From contig NW_005434667.1 in the NCBI RefSeq assembly GCF_000315625.1, positions 544,045-608,044 of the forward strand: 64,000 nt of DNA, read 5' to 3'. A program made the position numbers and the translations under genes. Below are positions 53,460-64,000 of this stretch, one piece after another. The notes beneath the pieces are model-generated. The model was given only the letters and a program-made list of their open reading frames with translations. It was not told the origin of the DNA and made no database searches. Origin of the DNA: Guillardia theta CCMP2712. Lineage: Eukaryota; Protista; Cryptophyta. Position 1 is the first letter of the stretch; the number at the start of each line of letters is the position of its first letter.

Positions 53460-54350
53460 TCAGGCTCCCGGGGCATACTGTGGAATATACCCTCGTCTCG
53501 CCGCTCGTCGCAAGGGATCGTTCCTTCCGCTGAAGACGAATCTTGCTCTAGGTGCGATGCGATAGCGAGCTACAGAGTTCTCCCCCCACTCCCCAGCTGC
53601 TCCCATGGGATAAGCCTCCGGCAAAACGGCTCCAGCCTTGCGCATGTAGCGGATCATGTTCTCTAACCGAAGAATTGAGTCCAACTTGCCGTGGTTGTTG
53701 AGCAGCTGAGCATCCAAATTTCTCTCTCGAGTCGAGATCACCATATCATGACACTTGGCGTGCAAGGCCTCTAGACGTGCAAGCGTGTAGAACACCACAC
53801 TGCTGCCAAGCTTCTTCTCTATCATGCTGCGATCCTGCTCGCTCAGGGCATGTGTCATGTAGACAAGCTTGGGCAAAGCGTCCCACATGCCATTCTTAGA
53901 GTCTGCAAGGTTCTGCATACCATCACGTTGGTTTCGCATGCATGTCTGCAATAACTTCATAGCACGGTCAACATCTTGGCAGTTGTTGTCTTCCAGGTTG
54001 GGGTAAAGCATGTCCTCCTGACCAAAGGTGAGCATGGCAACATCAAGGCATCAGGTGATACTCACAGCATTCATGCAGGTCTCTGTCGATCGCTCGGCAA
54101 TGTGCCACAATGTCAGCACTTGATACCTTGACGACTGCCACTCCTTTCTTCTGAGGGGACCAAACTTCGTGGGCTTGAATGCCCAAGGGTGTACCGAGGA
54201 GGAAGTGGCAGTGGAAGTGGAAGTGGAGGAGGAAGTGGAGGAGGAAGATGATAGCATCGTCTGCCCTCTATATGTACTGGAAACGAGCAGCAGCATCAGT
54301 ATTGCCGCCCCTGCCCCTGCCGCTATCGCCACCCTCCTTACTCGCTGCAT
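53460..54350 (-). CDS. Hypothetical type II membrane protein (2 exons)
   Basis: MQRVRR followed by hydrophobic VAIAAGAGAAILMLLLV, an S/T-rich stalk, an intron at ~54019-54065 and a helical C-terminal domain ending YAPGA*. Confidence 0.65.
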
Positions 54351-55800
54351 TGCGGCGCCTCTTCGTAGTATCAGCCCGAGCCCTCATCCCCCATCGTGCT
54401 GGTCCCTGAGCAGGCCGGGCAGAGGCCGGGCCAGAGGCCGGGCCCTGCAGGCAATCGGCCCGGCCCATCATCGGATCACTGACCCGGTCACGCGCGGCCC
54501 TGTCCCGGTCGGACCGTCCGACTCGGCGCTCGGACGGGCCGGGCACCGGGCACGCGGCCGGGCCCGCACTATCGGCCACTGAGTCCGGTCACGGGCTGCG
54601 GCCCGGCCGCGGGCGTCCGAGTCGGACCCCGGGGCCCGTCAGTCCGGTTGAGTAAACGATGTTGGTACTAGGGTACGGAGTTTGTCGTACCCGATATAGG
54701 ACAAGACCAAGAGTGGACCGAACATTTTTAACTTTTTGTAATACGATTTGAAAATTAAAGGGATCTTTGTTTTACAGATTTGGTAAGGATGGAACCAGAC
54801 GAAGCAATTATTAATATGAGCTGACAAGAGCCTTCTTGTACTGGTGCAGGAACCAAACTTGTGTGAGAGATAGAAGGAAAGAGGAGACACGTGGAGAAGA
54901 GAGAAGAAAAGGAAGAAGAGGAGAGAGTTAGAGGTGCACACAGGTGACGGGATGGGCACAAGTCAAGACAGAAAGAGAACTACACACGAGGAGAATTGTG
55001 GGCCGATGCAGGATGGGACGAAGAAATGACAGGGTCAACCATTCTGACCAGGGTGGTAGCGATTATACTCCTGAGGGTTTAGAGTGGAACAGGGAAGGAG
55101 AATAATGGTGCAAAAAGAGATGAAATGGAACACGTAGATGTTGCTTTGTATAATTCGTTCAGAAGGAAGGCAGATGTTGCGACACGGTCCTAACAATCAC
55201 TGGGAGAGGATGTTGAAGGATGAAAGACCTTATTGAGGGTCATAGGGAATGTTTCTGAGTAGAGAGAGGTTCGCACAATGTTTGGTGTGAATTGTTTGTA
55301 CTTGCCTGCATCTTTTCGGCAAGTCGTCGCACTGCAACTAGGAATTTCAGGATAACTTTTAAACGTGAGCAAGTTTGAGCGGAGCAAAGATGAATGTCTG
55401 TACTGGAGTACAGCACAGTGACTATGATCGTGTACAGCAATGTTCTCCCTCGTCCGCAACTTCACGTCTCTCAACAAGACCTTTTGCTCCCGTGTGGACG
55501 AAGTCAACTGCGTCAAGTCCGACACCACCATTCCCGGTGATTTTGTATGGTTGCTGCTCTCGGAAGCCGACTGACGTTTTTATGGTATGATCACAGAGGA
55601 GGGAGATTTCATTGCCCACCAGGATCCTTACATGGAGCATCTGTTCGACTCCAACAAGCCCTAAAAAGGTCTAGTGTGCGAAGGTTGTAATAAAAGAGCT
55701 TGCAGCTTGTTTAATGGCACTGCAACAATGTAGCCCGCGCGTGTACACACAGCCGAGCAGATGAACGTATCGATGAAGGAGGGCGAGGAGGTTGGTCGCC

Positions 55801-58800
55801 TCACATGTTGAACTCTTGGAAGAAGTCGTTGCCTGCAAGCACAAAGTCTCATCATAGTGCCATGAGCAAAGTAACTCCATGGTTCACCCTTGTCATCGCA
55901 CACGATGAACGCAGGGAAGTCTTGGACCTGTGCGGCATCAGTCAGAGCGAAGCTTGAGACTTGGAGCAGTGAGACGACCTCGATCTTCCAGATTGCCTCC
56001 ATGCCGAGCTCAGGGTACTCGAGAACTTCGACCTGCTTGCCGGTCAGTTGCTGATTGCAATTACATTCATTCGCGTCTATGATTCACACATGCACACATG
56101 CTGCACGCCAGAGCAACCCTCATGGTGAAGCTGCCCTTTGGCGCAAGAATCTAGGTTTACCTTCTTGATGCAGTTCTTGGCCAAGATTGCGGCAGGACCT
56201 CCGATCGAGCCTTCAAGCTAGTCATTCACCTCCTTCAAGTTCGCCTCCTTCACCAAGGTAGAATCCCCCGTTGTTCTTGCAGGCGGAGGTGACCTGCTTG
56301 CTTCGATTTCCTTTGGCCAGGGTGATGAGACTGAGACAGACGCACGTCAGACTCGTGCCCAGTGTTGTCGTCGAGACGATACCTTCCGCCGTTCTTCTGG
56401 AACAAATCCACGTATGGATCCATACGGCCTGGTAGCGCAGGTAAACACAGGAAACAGGCCGCAGGGGAGCTCAAAACCAGCTGTAGTTGGTCCAAAGGAA
56501 CCAGAGGGCAGTCTGCGACGGTCGTCAGAGTCAGATAAGGTGACATACGAGGTATCACCCTTCAGGAGTCTTTGCAGGGCCCGCATAATAGATGGGGTGA
56601 TTCTTCAAAGATTGTGAGGATATTCCACCACTATCGATCTGTGCACCTTCACGTAGTCCGGAAGTCCTTGCCCGCTGTCAAGTCGCTCCTTGAGCTGAGA
56701 AATAGAGACGAAGTCAAGACGTGGAAGGAAGCAAATGGCGGAGATTCAGATGTGAAAAGCAGGAGAAGCAACGTGACGAGGAGAAGGAGGAAGAGGAACG
56801 CGAGATTGGCGACAGCAAACCTTCGCATGAGCGATATCTCTTGCTACCACCAGAGTTCCTGTAAGCGAGAGCCTTGTCTTGATCGGATGTCTGGATGAAT
56901 GTCAAGATATTGAACGAAAGAACGAGGATTCCTCCTCACTTTGTCAAAACATTGAGAATTTCTTTCATCGGCTTGTTCAGATCGAGCTTGACCACTAGAA
57001 GAGGATAAGTCGCATGAAAGAAACAGTTGCCAATTCAAACCGTTTTGAGACAGTTTATCTTCAGACACCTTGATTCTGGTCAGTCAACAACGAGATCTTG
57101 ATTCTTCGAACCTCAGGAAGATACTTGGAAGGATCAGTTTCAAGCTTTTCGAGGAAGATTCCATCCCTGACATCAACGTCAACTACTGGCTCTCATGATC
57201 CTGACTACCATCAATGACTCACTTGGTTATCTTTGCCTTCGCTTGGCGATCAGCAGAGCACGAGACTCCCAATCCGACTGGGCAAGAAGCTCCGTGCCTG
57301 ATAAGAGCAGACCGTTGATCCTCCACTCAAACGATTGCTCTCCATCGCACCTTGGAAGTCTGACCACTCTCACATCATGGCAGAAATATTTTCCACCAAA
57401 CTGAGCTCCGATGCCCTAGGAGCAGGTTACACTCAAGCTTGCATCGAGAGGTTTTCCAACCATCTCTTGGCACATACGGAGAACTCTCTGCTCCCATTCG
57501 AGATCACGAAACGCTCTGCCCGACGCATTGCCTGCGACCCGGCAGGGAATCATACAATAAAAGACTGACTGAGGCGGGTCAACCTGAAGTGTGGAGATCG
57601 TCCAGGTATTTGGTGCTTGCAAGTTTGACAGTCTTGAGTGTCTGCTCAGCACTGGATGACACGACTTCTCGTCAGTACGACTGTCTCTTTCCTTCGACGG
57701 CTGCAAAACCTGAGCCCGCCAATCACAAGCGCGATGTGATACGGAGGACAAGCGGCTGTTCCAAGAGATTTGACCTGGAGGCAGTCACGTCGAAGGTCTT
57801 GAGCCAGCATTCTTACAAACCTTCTCTTCAATGAAGGCTTTCAAGGAATTCTCATTCAAAAGCGCCCTGAAAACAAAGAAATAGACGTCAATTGAGAAAA
57901 CACACCAGTGGATTGATGATGCCCGATCCGAGAGAAAGGCGGAGACGATGATGAAGATGGTGACTCACTTGGTCTGCTGATAGAGGTACGTCTTGTTTGC
58001 TGAGCCTCCACCTTTTGCGAGGTAGAGAAACTAAATGGTTGTCGTCACGAAGAAGAGGGTTGCAATCAATGAATTGCCTTGTATTCCGATCCCTTTGTCG
58101 CATACAACTCAATCTGACTCGCAAGTCATCACGATCACCCACACATCATCTCTGAGTGCCCGACCTGCGCTGGGAGGTTGCATTTCGTGTTCGCTTCCGA
58201 GAACATGTCTTGGGGAGCGACCTTCAATCATGAGCGACCTCGCCACATCAGACAAGACGATACCTGAGAGTATCTCAGGTTGGTTCCTGTGTACGCATCG
58301 TATATCCCGTGGGAGAGATGCTCCTCGTCATCGCCGTCGGTCATCACCTTCAAGAGATTTTAAGCCCGATCGCGCTTTCACCCTCTTGGAGCGAAGTACC
58401 ATTTGACCTCTCTTGCCGATGCAGATGCCCGTTCCTGTATCCTGGCAGGAGGGGAGGACCATTCCCGCCGCGACGTTGGCGTTTTTGAGCAGCTCGAGGG
58501 CCACGAACTGCAACATCACAACAATGGTCATCGCTCAACAACCTCGACGGGGCATGACGCACTCGATCGTTCTCTGACGCCTCGGGGTCCTTGAGGATTT
58601 TGCTCAACTGGAAGCACAAGTGAGGTCCTGGAGGGGCAGGGTGAACCCTATGTGACCTGCTGCAGGTGCGCAGGTCTCAGCAGATGAGAGATGTCGATCA
58701 TGGCTTGTTTTGACAGAAGTCGCAGCCCCTCCGGTTCGACCTGACGGGCATTTTGAGCGATCGAGGCTGGGTTGGGCCGGAGCGCTAACCTTGAGGAAAG

Positions 58801-59392
58801 TTCGCCCATCGGGTCCGGGGAAAGTAGAGACATAGTCGCCCGTGAGCTTACGGTACCTGCAAGGATCGGGGCAGGTGAGAACAGGCGGGAATCTCCAGCG
58901 AAGATGCTGCGGGGTTACTCTGTTGAGTCGGGCTTTGAGTTTTCGAAGAGATCCTGATACTTGAAAGGAACCTTGACGGGGGTATCAGACTCATCAATAT
59001 CAACATGAGAGGCTCACTGGTGACGAGAACCTCCTGACGAAGTTGGTGCGGTTGGCAACTGGAGCAGGAACAGTGAGGTATGCGGCGCCAAAACTTCGAT
59101 GCGTTCGAAAGAAGATGGGAGGAGGTTCGTCCTCATAAATACATCATGTTGGACGCTTTATGGATCAAAAGGACAAGATTGCACATGCAAGGTACTGACT
59201 ACATGCCACAGAGAACCGAGCTCAAGAATACACCGAGAGAAGCGAAGTGAAGAGAGCAGGATACAATAAGAAGAAGAGGGAGAGGCAGAGAGAGGAAGGC
59301 GGGTTGAGGATGGTGTCAGGAGAGGACTTGTGCATGCTCAGAAGCGGGTGGAGACGGAGGGGAGGGAGCGAGTCACCTCGGAAGAGCCGCAT
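55801..59392 (-). CDS. Class I (Fe-S) fumarate hydratase, predicted mitochondrial
   Basis: Presequence [18 protein letters not shown]. Motifs [108 protein letters not shown] and DDKGNDFF. Confidence 0.95.
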
Positions 59393-59602
59393 GGCTGATG
59401 CGCCTGTGCAAAGCTGGGGCGTAGGAAGGGATCAGGGTGGGTGGTACCCTAGCAAAGACTTGAGAAACAGGGGTAGTGTGTGGGGAAAGGAGGGGAAGGG
59501 GTGGGGTTACCTCTTAGTACCATTGGGTGGTCTAATGAACTTTTCAGAGGCCAAAGCACTGAATGTTCATACTTTGATTGGGTTCATGCTGAATTGACTA
59601 GC

Positions 59603-59720
59603 AGGAGAGGAGGAGGGGAGAGGAGGGGAGAGGAGGAGAGAGGAGGGGAGAGGAGGGGAGAGGAGGGGAGAGGAGGAGAGAGGAGAGGGGAGGGGAGAGG
59701 AGGAGAGAGGAGAGGAGAGG
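59603..59720 (+). repeat. Purine (GGAGA/GGGGAGA)n microsatellite
   Basis: Directly visible, between the fumarase and MORN genes. Confidence 0.85.
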
Positions 59721-59840
59721 CGAGGCGAATGGCAGAGCAGATCAGGTAGAAACACCAGTTTTGTCAAAGACTGTCAGAACTTGCGAAAACACAAGCTTCT
59801 CTAACTCTCTTGTCAGGACGAGTGCGGCTGAGTTGCCATC

Positions 59841-60853
59841 ATGCTAGGAAGGCGGGAGGACGGGCAAGTGAGAGCTCCATGTCGACATGTCGGTCCCGCC
59901 TGTTATGGGAGCAGGTGTGTCTTAGAACCGTCAGGAGCGCCTCGGTCCATGGCTCAACCGAGATCGCAAGTTGCATACAGTTACGTCAACGACCTCCGTC
60001 CCTTCACGCTCGTGCGACAGTCCTCGCCAGACGATCTCCTGCCGGTCCAGCTGAGCTGTGAGCTGAATCGTTGCTGTCATGAGACTCTGATGCTGGGCCA
60101 GTCAACCCTGTAAAGCTGACAAGGACGGCGATGGTCGATTCTGTGCAGGTTCAAGAGGATGGGCCGGAACAGGAGGGCGCAGTCGATGTGAAGGTCGTGA
60201 AGGAGACGCAAGCAGTGGCGCCGGAATATGTCGGGTGAGTGAAGGAGCAAGACGCATGTCCAGAGCGTGAAAGTTGGTGATTGCTCGTCAAGGTATCACG
60301 GGGAATGGAAGCACGGGAAGAAACATGGGAGAGGTACTGAGGTGTTCGAGAACGGCAGCAGGTGGCCACTGTTGCTCGCTGCGACTATCGGCAACTCTGA
60401 CAGCGGGAGGGGGTCAGGTACGATGGTGAATGGAAGTACGACTTCTTCGATGGGGTCGGCAAGTACAAGTTCGTCACGGGAGACACGTGAAGCTCGTTGC
60501 GTGCTGCTGCTATAAGCCCCGTGACAGCTGCTTGCAGCTATGAGGGAGAGTGGGACCGGAACAGGAGGGAGGGGCACGGGACGATGCGCTGGAGGAGCGG
60601 AGAGCGGGAGGGAGACTGGTGAGCCGGAATAGGGTTGGCAGTCGGCAGCTGACGGATGTCCCTGGCAGCTACGTGGGAGAGTGGAAGGGAGATCAAATGC
60701 ACGGCAAGGGAGAGTACTTCAAGCGTACCGGGGAGCGGTGAGGTCAGTGTTGTATGGCTGCCTTCCTCAGACCTTTCGTGTGGCAGGTACATGGGCAGGT
60801 GGAGCCAGTCGTACTATCAGGGGAACATCAGAAGCTTGCTGCTTCCTTTTTGA
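59841..60853 (+). CDS. MORN-repeat protein (multi-exon)
   Basis: Repeats YHGEWKHGKKHGRGTEVFENG, YDGEWKYDFFDGVGKYKF, YEGEWDRNRREGHGTMRW and YVGEWKGDQMHGKGEYF, roughly one per exon. Start and stop are uncertain. Confidence 0.8.
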
Positions 60854-61050
60854 TGAAATTACTGTCGTCTGCCCCTGCTGCTCGTTGTTCCTCTTTCTGT
60901 CCCCCTCGCTTCTGCCCCTGCCCCTGCCCCTGCCCCTGCCCCTGCTCCTGCCCCTGCTCCTGCTCTTGCTCCTGCTTCTCCCTTCTGCTTTCCCTTGTCC
61001 CTTGTCTTGTCCTCTCTTCCCTTCGTCCCCGCCCTCATTCCGTTGAGCCA

Positions 61051-64000
61051 TCACTCGTCGTCTTCCGGAGGAGGAGGGCGAAGAGCGAAAGTGATCCTCG
61101 TCTGGTCGTGCGACACCCAAACTGGGAAGAAGAGGAGTGAAGAGCAGGGAGAAGCAGGAGGCAACGTACCCGGCAGAGCTCTGCCCTCCGAGACTTCCAC
61201 CTCCTCCTCGAAGAACTGCACGGCCTGAGCGGATCCGATCGTCAGACAAGAGCCAGCAGGAGGGGAGGAGGAAGGGGCAGAGGAAAGACATGCGAGGATG
61301 CGGGGGGGTCTGAAGGAGGGAACAGGGGAAAGGGGGGAAGTGAGAGGCGCGAGGAGGAGAGGAGAGAGGGCAGCGAGGNNNNNNNNNNNNNNNNNNNNNN
61401 NNNNNNNNNNNNNNNNNNNNNNNNNNNNNNNNNNNNNNNNNNNNNNNNNNNNNNNNNNNNNNNNNNNNNNNNNNNNNNTGCCGCCCTCGCCCTCGCTCCG
61501 GCTGATCTGTACAAACCACATCCTCGCGCTCCCACCGCCCTACGGATCAGGAGGAGGGAGGAGGAGGGAGGGAGGGAGGGAGGAGGAGGAGGAGGGAGGG
61601 TCCAAAACGAGGGATATGTATCCAGACAGACGGAGAAAACTAGACGAATTGAACAAGGAGCAGGAGGATCAGCAGCAGGAGGAAATGGGGAAGGACGAAC
61701 AGGGGGAGACGGAGGAAGAGGTGTTGGCAGCGGCAGTGGGGGAGGAGAAGGGGGTACAGGGTCGCTCATAGTCCCAACGCCTCAACTCTGACCTCTGCAG
61801 CGCAGGGGATCATGACTGCATCCTCCTTGAGCAGGTGGAGCCTCGCGTGCAGGACTGAGGGGATGACTCCCTCCCCGAGCAGCCCGCAGTCGACTATCTC
61901 CGATACCATCATGTCCGCCCGCCCTCTTAAGTCGCTCCCCTCGCTCTGGTACTCCCCGAACCCTTCCATGCGCCCGTGAACAGAGCTCCCGGGATGCGGA
62001 GGAGGAAAAGGAGAGGAGAGAAGAAAGTTGGGTGATGGGGAACCAGGGTTCGAGCAAGAGGAAAGCAGGAGGGGGAATGGTGGAGGAGTGGTGGAGTTGT
62101 GGTGGGGAGAAGATTGAAGGGGAAGAGGTGTAGGAGAAGACAAGGAGGGGTGGAGAGAGGAGGAGAGGAGAGGGGAAGAGGAGGAAGGGAGGAGACGAGG
62201 AGGCGAGGAGAGGAAGAGAGGAGGAGAGGTGGAGGGGAGGGGACGAGGAGACGAGAGAGGAGGAGAGGAGAGGTGGGGATTCGAGAGGTCAAACCTGACA
62301 CATAAACAGGAGCAGGCCCAACGATCAGCTCCGAAGAATGCTTGTGCACCACCACCACACCTGCAGCTGGGCGTCAGCTGGAAGTTGCTCGCTCGAGAGC
62401 CATCACGGTCATCGAGCCCGTTGTGCTCTACAATGATCGAGGAGGCCGTCGCGATCGCCTCGCTCTGTCGACCTGATCAATATCTTCCTCCTCCTCCTCC
62501 TCCTCCTCCTCCTCCTCCTCCTCCTTTCTTCCTCCTCTTTTCTTCCTCCTCCTTCTCGTCCATCCATAGGGAAGCAGCGCTTCTTTTCCTCTCCCTTCTA
62601 CAAACACTCTAACTCCTGCTCCTTCCATTCTCTCCCTCTCCTTATCCCGGGCGGATGAAGGGGAGAGAGAGGGGGGAGAGGAGGGAGGGAGCCCCCTCCT
62701 CCTCCTCTCGCCATCTCATCACCCTCCCTGTCCCTTATCATTTCTCCTCCTCCTTCCCCACTCCTCCTCACTGCCTCCTCCTCCCACGCCCCCTCCCTCT
62801 CCCTCCTCACCTTCTCGCAGCAGACCACTCTCCCAGCTCCGCACCTCGCCGCCATCATTCCCAGCAGGCCCTGCGACTCCCTCAGCCGATCTCGAATCCA
62901 AATCGCCCTTTTTACCGTCCCCGACCCAACGTCCAGCACGAGGCTACCTGCCGCCACCTGTCGCGTGCTCGTCATTTCTCAGCTCGTCCTCTGCTCCAGC
63001 TCGTCCCCTGCTGGCCTTCAGCTCGTCACCTGGCGGCGGAGGGCGCGGTAGTAAGCCTCGTTCCTCTCACTGTCGTTGAGCATGCCAAAGTGCCAACGCT
63101 GCACCACCTGAGGGGCACCTGGACGTCAGCTGGAGGATGTGAGGGAGCCGGAGCAGGGGATGGTGGGGATAGTCTGTGCTGGAAGACTTTGAGGATCGAG
63201 AGTGAGGAGAGGGAAGAGAAGGAGATGAGGTGGACGGGATGGACAAAGCAAGAGGAAGGTGAAGAGCAGGACGAGGATGTAAAGGAATGGAAGAGATCAT
63301 GGTAGAGGATGAAGATGAGAATGAGGATGAGGATGGCACGATGAGGATGAAAATTGGAGAGGAAGGAGGAGAGGGCGATCTCGGGTCACCTGCTTACTAG
63401 GAAGGATGTGGTTCTTGTGGACTGGCGAATCGACGGGCTCAACGCGAAGCTCCGTCGAAGAGCTGAACAAGCAGAACTCACACGCGGATGAGTGGAAAGA
63501 GCAGGAGCAGCAAGGACGACAGAAGGGGACAAAAGGCTAGAAAGGGAGGTAGGTAGGTAGGTAGGTAGGGAGGGAGGGAGGGAGGGAGGGAGGGAGGGAG
63601 GGAGGGGAGGGAGGGGAGGGAGGGAGGGAGGGAGGAAGGGAGGAAGGGAGGGAGGGAATGCATGGAAGGAGGCGAAAGAGGATCAGGTCATACCGCCTGA
63701 CTCGGAGGACGAGGGCTCTACCCTCCTCCACCTTCACCTCCTCTGAGAGCATAAAAACCGCCTGGAGCAAGTGGATGAGGAGAACAATCGGAACGAGCAG
63801 CGACCAGGGACAGCAAGCGGTAGTGACCTTCAGCACACAGAAGGAAACGAAGAGCATGGAGAAGAAGAAGGGGAGAGGGCAAAGAATGAGGAGGACAAGG
63901 GCCAGTAAGAGGGGAATCAGGAGGAGAAGCAGAAGGAGGAGGAGGAGGAGGAGGAGGAGGAGGAGGAGTAGGAGGAGGAGGAGGAGGAGGAGGAGGAGGA
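61051..64000 (-). CDS. Protein arginine methyltransferase, PRMT9/PRMT7-like; 5' part lies outside the window
   Basis: VVQRWHFGMLNDSERNEAY (PRMT9-like), LVLDVGSGT|GLLGMMAARCGA, double-E loop VSEIVDCGLLGEG, MIPCAAEV, and C-terminal AVQFFEEEVEVSEG...HDQTRITF. Interrupted by an N gap. Confidence 0.8.
61379..61478. other. Assembly gap (100 N)
   Basis: Run of N within the PRMT gene. Confidence 0.99.
63545..63657 (+). repeat. (GGTA)n/(GGGA)n tetranucleotide repeat in a PRMT intron
   Basis: Directly visible. Confidence 0.85.

Noticed and set aside
55190-55640. Short minus-strand ORFs downstream of fumarase
   Set aside because: No family signal, so a gene cannot be supported.

Overview
Gene-dense, intron-rich eukaryotic nuclear DNA. 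It has many ~45-60 nt GT-AG introns with CTGAC-type branch sites, a few GC-AG introns, and bipartite plastid-targeting presequences, so it is most likely a cryptophyte alga (Guillardia/Hanusia-like; inference). Most ORFs in the supplied track are single exons or shadow frames, so I rebuilt the gene models by hand-splicing. In order: PGR5; CTL/SLC44 choline-transporter-like protein; plastid-targeted cyanobacterial-type SAM methyltransferase; RPGRIP1L-like ciliary protein; PUS3 with a ~118-unit intronic CTG tract; a head-to-head inverted pair of receptor genes (PBP sensor-TM-kinase-guanylyl cyclase); RPB11; a long Q-rich protein ending in a divergent, giant-virus-like TBP fold; a hypothetical protein; 3R-MYB; a hypothetical LRGG-leader protein; a type II membrane collagen-like protein; another type II membrane protein; class I fumarase; a MORN protein; and a PRMT9-like gene running off the right end across an assembly gap. 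The most notable items are (1) the TBP-like gene, visible only after splicing; (2) the receptor kinase-guanylyl cyclase pair, with intact non-RD kinases, homogenised catalytic halves and divergent sensors; (3) the transmembrane collagen; and (4) recurring intergenic CCGG/GAGTC-rich islands and strand-oriented TACCC/CACCC tracts. All family assignments come from remembered motifs; no database search was run.
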